From Eledone cirrhosa (lineage: Eukaryota): 64,000 nucleotides of DNA. Under the pieces are notes generated by a model that made no database searches, had not been told where the DNA came from, and saw only the letters and a program-made list of their open reading frames with translations. This document shows positions 14,169 to 26,515 of the stretch, one piece after another. The position numbers and the translations under genes are program-made. Every line of letters begins with the position of its first letter. Position 1 is the first letter of the stretch. The DNA is taken from contig OZ024751.1 of assembly GCA_964016885.1 (NCBI GenBank), positions 46,252,001 to 46,316,000 of the forward strand. Direction: 5' to 3'.

Positions 14169-14540
14169 GAATTATCAATAATGAAGGGCGCAGGGTTAAT
14201 CAGTTATATAGAGCAGGGATTAATTATATACAACAGCGGGATTTCACACAACAATGAAAACCGCCACGCCATTTCTGCAGTGCAAATGACTAACGCACCT
14301 TTGTTATTCAATAATTCCTGCATCACGAACCATCCCTTCACAACCACGAAAACAGCCACCACCACCACTACTGCCAACACTACCACAATCAGGTTTACGA
14401 CAACTATCAACAATACGACGCCCATTACGACCTCCTCCACCGCCACCACCACCACCACCAACAAGCTCCTCCTGCCAACGCAACCGCCGCCAACAACAAC
14501 AAAGAAACCTGTTTCCAATCAAACACCCAGTTTTTCATAT

Positions 14541-17500
14541 ATGTGGTGGTGGTGGTGGTTGCAGTGGTGGTGGTGGTGGTGTTCGTAGTGGTGGTGGTGG
14601 TGGTGATAGTGGTGGTGGTGGTGGTGGTGGTGGTGTTGTTGTTGGTGGTGTTGTTGTTGGTAGTGGTGTTGTTGGTGGTAGTGGTGGTGTTGTTGGTGGT
14701 AGTGTTGGTAATGGTGGTCGTAGTGGTGTTGTTGTTGGTGGTAGTGGTGGTAGTGGTGGTGGTAGTGGTGTTGTTGGTGGTAGTGGTGTTGTTGGTGGTA
14801 GTGGTAGTGGTGGTGTTGGTGGTGTTGTTGGTGGTAGTGGTTGTGTTGGTGGTGGTGGTGTTGTTGTTGGTGGAAGTGGTGTTGTTGTTGGTAGTGGTGT
14901 TGGTGGTGGTAGTGGTGTTGTTGGTGGTAGTGGTGTTGTTGGTGGTAGTGGTGTTGTTGGTGGTAGTGGTAGTGGCGGTGTTGGTGGTGTTGTTGGTGGT
15001 AGAGGTTGTGTTGGTGGTGGTGGTGTTGTTGTTGGTGGTAGTGGTGTTGTTGTTGGTAGTGGTGTTGGTGGTGGTAGTGGTGTTGTTGGTGGTAGTGGTG
15101 TTGGTGGTGGTAGTGGTGGTGTTGGTGGTGGTAGTGTTGTTGGTGGTAGTGGTGTTGGTGGTGGTAGTGGTGGTGTTGGTGGTGGTAGTGTTGTTGGTGG
15201 TAGTGGTGTTGGTGGTGGTAGTGGTGGTGTTGGTGGTGGTAGTGTTGGTGGTGGTAGTGGTGTTGGTGGTGGTAGTGGTGGTGTTGGTGGTGGTAGTGTT
15301 GGTGGTGGTAGTGGTGTTGTGGTGGTAGTGGTGTTGGTGGTGGTAGTGGTGGTGTTGGTGGTGGTAGTGTTGTTGGTGGTAGTGGTGTTGGTGGTGGTAG
15401 TGGTGGTGTTGGTGGTGGTAGTGTTGGTGGTGGTAGTGGTGTTGGTGGTGGTGGTGTTGTTGGTTGTGGTGGTGTTGTTGGTGGTGGTGGTGTTGGTGGT
15501 GGTAGTGGTGGTGTTGGTGGTGGTAGTGTTGGTGGTGGTAGTGGTGTTGGTGGTGGTGGTGTTGTTGGTGGTGGTGGTGTTGTTGGTGGTAGTGGTGTTG
15601 GTGGTGGTAGTGGTGTTGTTGGTGGTAGTGTTGTTGTTGGTGGTGGTGGTGTTGGTGGTAGTGGTGTTGGTGGTGGTAGTGGTGTTGTTGGTGGTAGTGT
15701 TGTTGTTGGTGGTGGTGGTGTTGGTGGTAGTGGTGGTGTTGTTGGTGGTAGTGTTGGTAATGGTGGTGGTAGTGGTGTTGTTGTTGGTGGTAGTGGTGGT
15801 AGTGGTGGTGGTAGTGGTGTTGTTGGTGGTAGTGGTAGTGGCGGTGTTGGTGGTGTTGTTGGTGGTAGTGGTTGTGTTGGTGGTGGTGGTGTTGTTGTTG
15901 GTGGTAGTGGCGGTGTTGCTGGTGGTGGTGTTGTTGGTGGTGGTGGTGTTGTTGGTGGTGGTGGTGTTGTTGGTGGTGTTGTTGTTGGTGGTGGTGTTGT
16001 TGGTGGTAGTGGTGTTCTTGGTGGTGGTGTTGTTGGTGGTGGTGGTGTTGTTGGTGGTGGTAGTGGTGGTGGGGTTGTTGGTGGTAGTGGTGTTGTTGGT
16101 GGTAGTGGTGTTGTTGGTGGTGGTAGTGGTGGTGGTGTTGTTGTTGGTGGTGGTGTTGTTGGTGGTGGTAGTGGTGTTGTTGCTGGTGGTGTTGTTGGTG
16201 GTGGTAGTGGTGGTGGTGTTGTTGGTAGTAGTGGTGTTGTTGTTGGTGGTGGTGTTGTTGGTGGTAGTGGTGTTGTTGGTGGTGGTGGTGTTGTTGGTGG
16301 TGGTAGTGGTGTTGTTGGTGGTGGTGGTGTTGTTGGTGGTGGTAGTGGTGGTGGTGTTGTTGGTGGTAGTGGTGTTGTTGTTGGTGGTGGTGTTGTTGGT
16401 GGTGGTGTTGTTGGTGGTGGTAGTGGTGGTGGTGTTGTTGGTGGTAGTGGTGTTGTTGGTGGTGGTGGTGTTGTTGGTGGTGGTGTTGGTGTTGGTGGTG
16501 GTGTTGTTGTTGGTGGTAGTGGTGTTGTTGCTGGTGGTGTTGTTGGTGGTAGTGGTGTTGTTGCTGGTGGTGTTGTTGGTGGTAGTGGTGTTGTTGCTGG
16601 TGGTGTTGTTGGTGGTAGTGGTGTTGTTGCTGGTGGTGTTGTTGGTGGTAGTGGTGTTGTTGCTGGTGGTGTTGTTCTTGGTGGTAGTGGTGTTGTTGCT
16701 GGTGGTGTTGTTGGTGGTAGTGGTGTTGTTGCTGGTGGTGTTGTTGGTGGTAGTGGTGTTGTTGGTGGTAGTGGTGTTGTTGGTGGTAGTGGTGTTGTTG
16801 CTGGTGGTGTTGTTGTTGGTGGTAGTGGTGTTGTTGCTGGTGGTGTTGTTGGTGGTAGTGGTGTTGTTGCTGGTGGTGTTGTTGTTGGTGGTAGTGGTGT
16901 TGTTGCTGGTGGTGTTGTTGGTGGTAGTGGTGTTGTTGGTGGTGGTGTTGTTGGTGGTAGTGGTGTTGTTGCTGGTGGTGTTGTTATTGGTGGTGGTGGT
17001 GTTGTTGGTGGTAGTGGTTGTGTTGGTGGTGGTGGTGTTGTTGTTGGTGGTAGTGGCGGTGTTGCTGGTGGTGGTGTTGTTGGTGGTGGTGGTGTTGTTG
17101 GTGGTGGTGGTGTTGTTGGTGGTGTTGTTGTTGGTGGTGGTGTTGTTGGTGGTAGTGGTGTTCTTGGTGGTGGTGTTGTTGGTGGTAGTGGTGTTGTTGC
17201 TGGTGGTGTTATTGGTGGTAGTGGTTGTGTTGGTGGTGGTGGTGTTGTTGTTGGTGGTAGTGGCGGTGTTGCTGGTGGTGGTGTTGTTGGTGGTGGTGGT
17301 GTTGTTGGTGGTGGTGGTGTTGTTGGTGGTGTTGTTGTTGCTGGTGGTGTTGTTGGTGGTAGTGGTGTTGTTGCTGGTGGTGTTGTTGGTGGTAGTGGTG
17401 TTGTTGCTGGTGGTGTTGTTGTTGGTGGTAGTGGTATTGTTGCTGGTGGTGTTGTTGGTGGTAGTGGTGTTGTTGGTGGTAGTGGTGTTGTTGCTGGTGG

Positions 17501-19822
17501 TGTTGTTGTTGGTGGTGTTGTTGGTGGTAGTGGTGTTGTTGCTGGTGGTGTTGTTGGTGGTAGTGGTGTTGTTGCTGGTGGTGTTGTTGGTGGTAGTGGT
17601 GTTGTTGGTGGTAGTGGTGTTGTTGCTGGTGGTGTTGTTGCTGGTGGTGTTGTTGGTGGTAGTGGTGTTGTTGCTGGTGGTGTTGTTGGTGGTAGTGGTG
17701 TTGTTGGTGGTAGTGGTGTTGTTGCTGGTGGAGTTGTTGGTGGTAGTGGTGTTGTTGGTGGTAGTGGTGTTGTTGCTGGTGGTGTTGTTGTTGGTGGTAG
17801 TGGTGTTGTTGGTGGTGGTGTTGTTGGTGGTAGCGGTGTTGTTGCTGGTGGTGTTGGTGGTGGTAGTGGTGTTGTTGCTGGTGGTGTTGTTGGTGGTAGT
17901 GGTGTTGTTGCTGGTGGTGTTGTTGGTGGTAGTGGTGTTGTTGGTGGTAGTGGTGTTGTTGGTGGTGGTGGTGTTGTTGGTGGTAGTGGTGTTGTTGCTG
18001 GTGGTGTTGTTGGTGGTAGTGGTGTTGTTGCTGGTGGTGTTGTTGGTGGTTGTGGTGTTGTTGGTGGTAGTGGTGTTGTTGGTGGTGGTGTTGTTGGTGG
18101 TAGTGGTGTTGTTGCTGGTGGTGTTGTTGGTGGTAGTGGTGTTGTTGCTGGTGGTGTTGTTGGTGGTAGTGGTGTTGTTGGTGGTAGTGGTGTTGTTGGT
18201 AGTAGTGGTGTTGTTGGTGGTAGTGGTGTTGTTGGTGGTGGTGTTGTTGGTGGTAGTGGTGTTGTTGGTGGTGGTGTTGTTGGTGGTAGTGGTGTTGTTG
18301 CTGGTGGTGTTGTTGTTGGTGGTAGTGGTGTTGTTGGTGGTAGTGGTGTTGGTGGTAGTGGTGTTGTTGCTGGTGGTGTTGCTGGTGGTGGTGGTGGTGT
18401 TGTTGCTGGTGGTGTTGTTGTTGGTGGTAGTGGTGTTGTTGCTGGTGGTGTTGTTGGTGGTAGTGGTGTTGTTGGTGGTGTTGTTGTTGGTGGTAGTGGT
18501 GTTGTTGCTGGTGGTGTTGTTGGTGGTAGTGGTGTTGTTGCTGGTGTTGTTGTTGGTGGTAGTGGTGTTGTTGCTGGTGGTGTTGTTGGTGGTAGTGGTG
18601 TTGTTGCTGGTGGAGTTGTTGGTGGTAGTGGTGTTGTTGCTGGTGTTGTTGTTGGTGGTAGTGGTGTTGTTGGTGGTGGTGTTGTTGGTGGTAGTGGTGT
18701 TGTTGCTGGTGGTGTTGTTGTTGGTGGTAGTGGTGTTGTTGGTGGTAGTGGTGTTGTTGGTGGTGGTGTACTTGCTGGTGGTAGTGGTGTTGTTGGTGGT
18801 GGTGTACTTGCTGGTAGTGGTGTTGTTAGTGGTAGTGGTGTTCTAGGTGGTGTTGTTGGTGGTAGTGGTGTTGTTGCTGGTGGTGTTGTTGGTGCTAGTG
18901 GTGTTGTTGCTGGTGGTGTTGTTGTTGGTGGTAGTGGTGTTGTTGCTGGTGGTGTCGTTGGTGGTCTTGTTGGTGGTAGTGGTGTTGTTGGTGGTAGTGG
19001 TGTTGTTGGTGGTAGTGGTGTTGTTGCTGGTGGTGTTGTTGTTGGTGGTAGTGGTGTTGTTGCTGGTGGTGATGGTAGTGGTGTTGTTGTTGGTGGTGTT
19101 GTTGTTGGTGGTGTTGTTGGTGGTAGTGGTGTTGGTGGCAGTGGGGTTGTTGGTGGTAGTGGTGTCGTTGGTAGTAGTGGTGTTGGTGGTGGTAGTGTTG
19201 TTGGTGGCAGTGGTGTTGTTGGTGGTAGTGGTGATGCTGGTGGTAGTGTCAGTGTTGGTGGTAGTGTTGTTGGTGGTGGTGTTCTTGTTGCTGGTAACAG
19301 TGTTCGTGGTGGTGGTGTTGTTGTTGTGGGTGGTAGTGTTGTTGGTGTTGTTGTTGGTAGTGGTGTTGTTGGTGGTTGTGGTGTTGTTGGTGGTAGTGTT
19401 GTTGTTGGTGGTAGTGGTATTGTTGGTGGTGGTGTTGTTGTTGGTGGTGGTGTTGGTGGTGGTAGTGGTGGTGTTGGTGGTGGTGTTGTTGGTGGTGGTG
19501 GTATTGTTGGTGGTGGTGTTGTTGTTGGTGGTAGTGGTGTTGTTGGTGGTGGTGTTGGTGGTGGTGGTGTTGGTGGTGGTAGTGGTGGTGTTGGTGGTGG
19601 TGTTGTTGGTGGTGGTGGTATTGTTGGTGGTGTTGTTGTTGTTGGTGGTGGTGTTGTTGTTATTGGTGGTAGTGGTGTTGTTGGTGGTAGTGGTGTTGTT
19701 GGTGGTGGTGGTATTGTTGGTGGTGGTGTTGTTGTTGGTGGTTGTGGTGTTGTTGGTGGTGTTGTTGTTATTGTTGGTCGTAGTGGTGTTGTTGGTGGTA
19801 GTGTTGTGTTGTTGGTGGTAGT
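14541..19822. repeat. 5.3-kb cryptic trinucleotide array (GTG/TTG/GTA/CTG)
   Basis: Directly visible; source of the poly-Val/Leu ORFs. Confidence 0.95.
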
Positions 19823-19956
19823 GTATTGCTAGTATATATATAAACATATATATATATATATATATATGTAGGAGGTGAGTTTTATTGTAGTACAATAAAG
19901 CAATGCAGATATCGGATAAGAAGCACTCTACAGTTTGTAGGACTGGAGTATACATA

Positions 19957-20265
19957 ATATAAGATCAAAAGATGGTTAAAGGAGTTCCATGTATTTTATT
20001 ATGCGCATTTCAAAAACAAACATCATCATGCAATAATATTTGTGTTTTCATCAGATAAAACAGGAGAACATGATATGAAGGCTAAAAACACTTGTGGATA
20101 GTGCAGTTTTGTTGATTTAAAACTGCACTATCCACAAGTGTTTTTAGCCTTCATATCATGTTCTCCTGTTTTATCTGATGAAAACACAAATATTATTGCA
20201 TGATGATGTTTGTTTTTGAAATGCGCATAATAAAATACATGGAACTCCTTTAACCATCTTTTGAT

Positions 20266-20272
<7 letters not shown>
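19957..20272. repeat. Perfect-looking palindrome, 154-bp arms and 8-nt loop
   Basis: 19957-20110 is the reverse complement of 20119-20272; loop gttgattt; followed by (TA)n. Confidence 0.95.
20169..20235 (+). ncRNA. Type I hammerhead ribozyme with palindromic stem III (mirror copy on the - strand at 19994-20060)
   Basis: ttttat-CTGATGA-aaacacaaatattatt..atgatgtttgtttt-tGAAA-TGCGCAT-A-ataaaa: 6-bp stem I, intact core, ATGCGCAT palindrome, predicted cleavage after AUA. Confidence 0.85.
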
Positions 20273-20304
<32 letters not shown>

Positions 20305-20495
20305 CTTTATATTTGCTCCTTGCGCGCTCTTTGCTGTTGAACACCATAAATTGAATAGTGTGGAATGCCATTTCTAGCAGCTTGTTCTGTTCATGCCACC
20401 GATTACTGCCCCGCGCATGCATTTCTCTTATGTCTACAAGTGCGAAAGGTGGTTTACTTTAGTTCTCTCTAGTAGTGCGGACAATATTGGCCTTC

Positions 20496-20576
20496 CACAT
20501 GCTGATGACCCACAGGGCCATATTGGTGGAACCCACTAAGATGGCGAAACATGCTCCTGGTGAGTGTGTACATGTG
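20496..20576 (+). ncRNA. Type I hammerhead ribozyme with branched stem II
   Basis: cacatg-CTGATGA-[cccacaggg / gccat..tggtgg aac ccacta..atggc]-GAAAC-atgctc ctggt gagtgt-GTA-catgtg: 6-bp stem I and 8-bp stem III. Confidence 0.85.
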
Positions 20577-20818
20577 TCATTCAGGTGAGGTTGGTTTCTC
20601 ATTTCAATTTATACTTTTAATTTTAATGTTTTTCCTATGCCTCTAGTAGCTTATATTCTCTTCACGCTGGTGGTTTGAAATTCCTGTAAAGAAAAACACA
20701 CTCTTCTGTGTCTTTCCCCTCTATATATTCTATTTTAAAGTGCCCAGGAAAACTCTTTTCTTTGAGCTCATTTAATTTCAGGATTATACGCGAGTCCTTT
20801 GCTCCGTTATTTTTTACT

Positions 20819-20939
<121 letters not shown>

Positions 20940-20994
20940 CATACATACATATATATGGGAAGACATAAATACTACTATTTACTTGGACAGCCAA

Positions 20995-21041
20995 CTTCTT
21001 GATGATTTCTCACGAATGAAACAGTTCTAGTCCTGTAGAAG
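20995..21041 (+). ncRNA. Minimal hammerhead ribozyme (TTGATGA core variant)
   Basis: cttc-TTGATGA-tttc tcac gaat-GAAAC-ag ttctagtc ct-GTA-gaag. Same family as the 37080-37245 and 62560-62772 elements. Confidence 0.7.
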
Positions 21042-21124
21042 CTCTTCTATATTAAAACTTTTTTACTCTGCTATGTATTGAGTACCTTACTTATTGTGGT
21101 TACCTCCGATTCAACCCAGAATAA

Positions 21125-21192
<68 letters not shown>

Positions 21193-21208
21193 TGTATGTA
21201 TATATATA

Positions 21209-22228
21209 TCATTATCTATAAAAGGCAGATTGTTGTTGTGTGTGTGTGCATATTCCATTTGTATACATTTGCATAATTTCAAACCGATTCGACTCAACGT
21301 CTGTAAGAATATTGTAAATGGTGTAACTTAGGTCAACGACTATTTATTTCATTCAAACTCACCATCAATTACGGAAATAATCGATAAAACTAAATACATG
21401 ACGCTTTACCCCTCTAATACAATCTGATTTACTCTGTCTACTCCCCTTAAAATTCGATAAAACTACATACATGCTGCAACTTTCTCTTATATACGTTTAA
21501 ACTTACAAACTTTAAGAGAGAGTGAGAGTGAAAGAGAGAGAAGGAACGTTTGTTTTTGAGTGTGGAACGGTCAAACATTTATTTACTTCAATGACAAAGA
21601 GAACTTATTTCATTTCATACGAAACAACAATTATTCAAAAGCAACAGATAAATTTATTCAACAACAAAAAAAATAGCGATAAATCTTTTTTAAAACATCT
21701 ATCAACGAACGTGGAAGAAAGAAGTATCAGTTCATTTACTATACACAATAATATCCTCTATGAGCTCACTAAACCTGCTAGAAACAGCAGCTAACTCTCC
21801 CCCATATCACACCACGCCCTACTGTCTTAAATTTAGAAAACATATCCTCTATGAGGTCACTAAGCCTGCTAGAAACAACAGCTAACTCTCCCTCATATCA
21901 CAACCCTCCCTACTGTCTTAAATTTAGAAAACACACAGACAACCATGCAGAACAACTCCATCGCAGCTCTGTTGTTCGGCTGGCATCGTCTACGCGCGTG
22001 TTGCGCAAGTACTGTGAAACCATAAATTTCAACACTTCTTTGCACAGAGATAATACCCATAGGCGAAATTACAATTGTCACTGCTGGCGCAGCTCCTGCT
22101 TCGGCAGTCCAGGTCTGCAATTCATTCACCCAGTGCCTGGCAGACAAAAAAGTGCTGCCATAAAATGGGTGGTGCAACCTAACTTTGGTAACTTACTGAC
22201 CCCGATCAACGCCGGGCTTTAATGCTAG
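21209..22228 (+). mobile_element. Non-autonomous Helitron
   Basis: Starts A|TC and ends cccgatcaacgccggg-N8-CTAG|T. The termini match the Helitron at 44024-45579. Contains an internal tandem duplication of about 91 bp (21751-21931). Confidence 0.7.
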
Positions 22229-22288
22229 TATATAATAAAACGACGACTACGACATCGAACTAGTCATTCGAGTTGTGTGTAAATGTTT

Positions 22289-22333
<45 letters not shown>

Positions 22334-22545
22334 TTTGTGTGTCTTTGTGTGTCTTTGTGTGTTTTTGTGTGTGTATGAGCGTATGTGAGCGTGTATGTGT
22401 GTGAGTGTGTATTTGAACTTGTTGGTTTGGGGATATTTCTCACTTCACTTCTCTCTTTGTCATGTCTCTCCCCAACTAATCCCCTTCCTTCTTAGGCCAG
22501 CACCCCCACCGCACCACCCTCACCCAACCATACAGCCACCCATAC

Positions 22546-22577
<32 letters not shown>

Positions 22578-22745
22578 TCATATATGTATGTATATTACAT
22601 ATATTATATATATTATATATATATACACATGCATACACATACATACACTTACATACATGCATATTTACATACATACTTATACATACATATACATACATAC
22701 ATACATATACATACTTATAAATACATACATACATACATACATACA

Positions 22746-22777
<32 letters not shown>

Positions 22778-23080
22778 CATACTTATAAATACATACATAC
22801 ATACATATACATACAGCCTGTGTGCTATTCTATTTTCTCTCACATTTCAAACACTGATCCATTCATACCGTTGACCTATTATATACACCAATATATTATA
22901 TATTATATACACCAATCTATTATATGTACCAATCTTTTATACACACCAATTTTAATCACGTACCATTACATTTTCTTACTGACATGGTTTTCATTTAACT
23001 GTCTCCCTTTTAATGGCTGCTTTTGCCAGATATTTCTGGCAAGTTTGTCGTAGTAAAATGGTTTATAACTAGTTAGTCAC

Positions 23081-23446
23081 TTAGGTAGGTAGGTAGGTAG
23101 GTAGGTAGGTAGGTAGGTAGGTAGGTAGGTAGGTAGGTAGGTGGGTAGGTAGGTAGGTGGGTAGGTAGGTAGGTAGGTAGGTAGGTATGTATGTAGGTAG
23201 GTAGGTAGGTAGGTAGGTAGGTGGGTATGTAGGTAGGTAGGTAGGTAGGTAGGTAGGTGGGTATGTAGGTAGGTAGGTAGGTAGGTAGGTAGGTAGGTGG
23301 GTAGGTAGGTAGGTAGGTAGGTATGTAGGTAGGTAGGTAGGTAGGTAGGTAGGTGGGTATGTAGGTAGGTAGGTAGGTGGGTAGGTAGGTGGGTATGTAG
23401 GTAGGTAGGTAGGTAGGTAGGTAGGTGGGTATGTAGGTAGGTAGGA
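23081..23446. repeat. (GGTA)n/(CCTA)n tetranucleotide array
   Basis: Directly visible, with ggtg and tatg variants. Confidence 0.95.
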
Positions 23447-26400
23447 AGATAGGTATGTTTCTTTTATTTGCCACCAGGGCATCAAAAGTGGGACAAGTAC
23501 AATGGGGGGAGTTTACAAAACAAGGCGTCCTCAATAAGGAGGAGGCAATAACAATATATAAAAATAAAATAAAATATAACAAAAAATAAAATTTATAACA
23601 AAGTCCTCAATAGAGAGGAGGCGCCTTGGGGGGTCGCACACACCCCCGAAAAAAGTGTGCAACCCTTCTCCTCAGGAGCACAGAGAAGGGGTGCTCCCTT
23701 AGTCTTTCATCTTCCTCACCTATAGTCTGATGTAGAGTGAAGGCCCATTCACACGGGCCATTCTCGCCACTTTCACCCATCTTTCATAGAAACGGCTGGG
23801 GTGCAGCACCTCTCTCTCCATCCTGATCCTTCTTCCGAAATGATATCGGAAGAAACGGACCAGTTGTTGGCCAGAGAGAAAGGTGCCTGACCTCAGTCCT
23901 TTCAGACGCGTCCACCATACAACCGCTTTCGCCATGGCTATTACGCACAGAAACACCGCCTCTGCTTCATCTTTGAAGGGGGGAGGCGGCTTGATCATTA
24001 CAATAGACTCGGTGGTCAACCGGATCGGTCCCACCCTTGACAGCAGTTGTTCGACATAGCCCCACAGATCGGCTACGCCCGAGCAGTGTACCAATGCGTG
24101 TGCAACGGTTTCCTCGTCGCACACGCATCTGGGACAGATCTTTTTGGCGGGGTCCCTACCCGGGCGCCCGTGTCTGTAGAGCCTTTCTCGAACGGGTAAA
24201 GCTCCTCGGTAGCACTGCCAGGCCAGGGACTTCTGGAAGTTGTCCATAGGTCCCGGGCTGAATGTCCTACCGAACAGGCCGGCCAGTTCGTCCTCCTCCA
24301 TGTCTAGGGCTTCTCCGAGGGCGTCGTCGCACCTGCTGCGTACCAGCCCTCTATAGAATGTTGCGGTGGAGTCTCCACTGATAACCGGATCCGCCTGCCA
24401 GAGGGCGGTGAGCGCCTGGGCACACTCAGTGTGCCAGGCGCCCAGTTTTCTCGGTCTTTGCTTGACCCAGGATTGCAGCTCGGTGAGTGAGACGAGTCTG
24501 GGAAAGGTTCGTCTCACAAACGAGGCCCACACCGGTTGTCCGGTGAGGAATACGTAGAGGTGCCGTAGCCTTAATGCGTGTTTACGCATCATTAGCCACG
24601 GCATCCCCAGCCCTCCTTTCGAAGGGTGTTGACAGCAGATGGATCTCCTCACCATAGGAGCCCGCCTCTTCCAAAGGAATTGGAAGAGCGCGCGCTCCAT
24701 CTTGGTGAGGGTTTCCCTTGGGCAGGGCACTACGGTCAGGCGGTAGTAGATGACGGACGCTATGTAGGTGTTCGCCACCTCCGCCCGACCTTTCAGGGAT
24801 AGTTTGCAACTGGCCCACTTCTGGGTCAGTGCAAACACCCTGTTCGTAACCTCCGCCCAGTTTTTCTCCACCTGGAGGTCCGGTCCGAACCAGACCCCGA
24901 GCAACTTCACCGGGCCCTCCGTCCAGCGTCCGACGACGCCATCGGAGGGCATCGGTCTGCCCCTCCACGTGCCGAGTTGCAAACCGATCGACTTGTCCCG
25001 GTTCAGCTTAGCCCCTGTGAACTTTTCGTACTCCTCCAGTAAGGTGCCGACCGCCTCGATTTCGGAGGCCGTCGACACCATTACTGTCACGTCATCGGCG
25101 TAGGCCGACACCGCTTTCCGCAATCCCGGTTCCAAAGGGATGCCCTGCAACAACTCCAACTTCCGCAGTAGTGGCTCGAGAGTCAACACATACAGAAGGG
25201 AGGAGAGAGGGCACCCTTGTCGGATGGACCGCGCGATTTTGAACGGCTCCGAGAGGTAGCCGTTCACCTTGACCCTAGAGCAGATGCGGCTGCTGTGCAT
25301 AGCAGTGATCCAGCCCCTGAAAACGGGTCCGAAGCCTGCCGCCGCTAGCACCGCATCCAGGTAACCATGGTCGACCCTATCGAACGCCTTAGATTGATCC
25401 AAGTTGATCAGAGCCCCACCAAAGCCGGGTTCGTTCCCAACCCTCTCTATGATGTATCGCATGAGGTGGAGGTTGTCATGGATGGACCTGGACGGGATAG
25501 CGTATGTCTGCGCATCTCCCACCAGGTTGCCCACAACAAGCGCCAACCTCTTTGCTAGCACCTTGGCCAAAATCTGTAACTCTGTATTTAGCAGAGTTAT
25601 GGGCCTGAAGTTACTTATTTCGTCCCCCTTGTTCTCGTCCTTCCTCACTAGCGTGACTACGCCCTTGGTCACAGTACAGGGAATTCTCCCGTTCTGTTGC
25701 CAGTTGCAGTAGACCGCCTCGCGGAGATCGGGGAACAAGTCCGGCATAGCTAGATATAATTCGTAAGGAAGACCATCGAGACCCGGGGATTTGCGTTTGC
25801 CGCATTGGCTCAGCACGTCCTCTATCTCAGCGGCCGAAATCGGCTCCTCGCAGGACTTCGCCTCCCTGTCCGAGAGGCGCGGCAGGCCGTCGAGGTATGG
25901 ACCGAAGTCCACGTTCCCAACCGGCTCCCCGCCCCTCCCGAACAGTCGGGCAAAGTGCCTTTGAAAGGCCTCACACATCTGCTTAGGCTCAAGAATCGCC
26001 CGTCCATCCAGGTCTCGCAAAGACCGGATGGTGGATTTAGTTCCACTGTTGGCCTCTGTCACGCGGGCCCAGCTAACAGCTTTGGTCCCCTCGTTCCCTA
26101 GAGCACGTATTTTACTTCGGACAACGCAGCCTTCGTGCTTCGCGTCGAAAAACTGGCTCAAAGCCGTTCTCGACGCTAGCACTCTGGCCACGTCGCCGCT
26201 TCTAATTGCCTCTTCTACTCTATCTATTAGCTCCCTTTCCTTCCTATTCCTATCCGCAGCTAGAACCTTACTAAATTCTATCGAGACTACTCTAATCTCT
26301 CTCTTTAGAGATACCCACCACCTGCTGTTGACGATCGCTCCAGTCAACCGTCCCTTAACTAACGTACTAATCCGATTCCTGTAGGCTCTACTTGCCGGCA

Positions 26401-26515
26401 AGGACAAGTTGAGCTTCCAGTAACCGGGGCCCTGTCTATGAGTTCTGTCAAGGTTGACCATGCAGGTCACTAATTTGTGGTCTGAATAGCCAACCATGCG
26501 CATTTTTGGACAACT
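23447..26515 (-). mobile_element. 5'-truncated Tx1/L1-clade non-LTR retrotransposon
   Basis: ORF2 plus a 3' UTR of about 270 bp with AATAAA; both ends abut (CCTA)n. Confidence 0.92.
23720..26515 (-). CDS. LINE ORF2 (C-terminal end of APE endonuclease, reverse transcriptase, CCHC knuckle), about 930 uninterrupted codons
   Basis: Motifs SDHKLV, GPGYWKLN, KSPGLDGLPYELY, NFRPITLLN, LDQSKAFDRVDH, RQGCPLS, YADD, LSLKGR, GGLGMP and CPRC..ETVAHALVHC. Confidence 0.92.
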   Translation of the reverse strand, partial: SCPKMRMVGYSDHKLVTCMVNLDRTHRQGPGYWKLNLSLPASRAYRNRISTLVKGRLTGAIVNSRWWVSLKREIRVVSIEFSKVLAADRNRKERELIDRVEEAIRSGDVARVLASRTALSQFFDAKHEGCVVRSKIRALGNEGTKAVSWARVTEANSGTKSTIRSLRDLDGRAILEPKQMCEAFQRHFARLFGRGGEPVGNVDFGPYLDGLPRLSDREAKSCEEPISAAEIEDVLSQCGKRKSPGLDGLPYELYLAMPDLFPDLREAVYCNWQQNGRIPCTVTKGVVTLVRKDENKGDEISNFRPITLLNTELQILAKVLAKRLALVVGNLVGDAQTYAIPSRSIHDNLHLMRYIIERVGNEPGFGGALINLDQSKAFDRVDHGYLDAVLAAAGFGPVFRGWITAMHSSRICSRVKVNGYLSEPFKIARSIRQGCPLSSLLYVLTLEPLLRKLELLQGIPLEPGLRKAVSAYADDVTVMVSTASEIEAVGTLLEEYEKFTGAKLNRDKSIGLQLGTWRGRPMPSDGVVGRWTEGPVKLLGVWFGPDLQVEKNWAEVTNRVFALTQKWASCKLSLKGRAEVANTYIASVIYYRLTVVPCPRETLTKMERALFQFLWKRRAPMVRRSICCQHPSKGGLGMPWLMMRKHALRLRHLYVFLTGQPVWASFVRRTFPRLVSLTELQSWVKQRPRKLGAWHTECAQALTALWQADPVISGDSTATFYRGLVRSRCDDALGEALDMEEDELAGLFGRTFSPGPMDNFQKSLAWQCYRGALPVRERLYRHGRPGRDPAKKICPRCVCDEETVAHALVHCSGVADLWGYVEQLLSRVGPIRLTTESIVMIKPPPPFKDEAEAVFLCVIAMAKAVVWWTRLKGLRSGTFLSGQQLVRFFRYHFGRRIRMEREVLHPSRFYERWVKVARMARVNGPSLYIRL

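Noticed and set aside
14543-19821. Poly-Val/Leu ORFs up to 1175 aa
   Set aside because: They are translations of a GTG/TTG triplet array, with no domain or credible start.
23081-23446. Telomeric repeat
   Set aside because: The unit is TAGG, not TTAGGG or TTAGG; the array is interstitial and tied to LINE ends.
24037-26384. Short ORFs overlapping LINE ORF2 (antisense or alternative frames)
   Set aside because: By-products of a GC-rich coding sequence, with no recognisable motifs.
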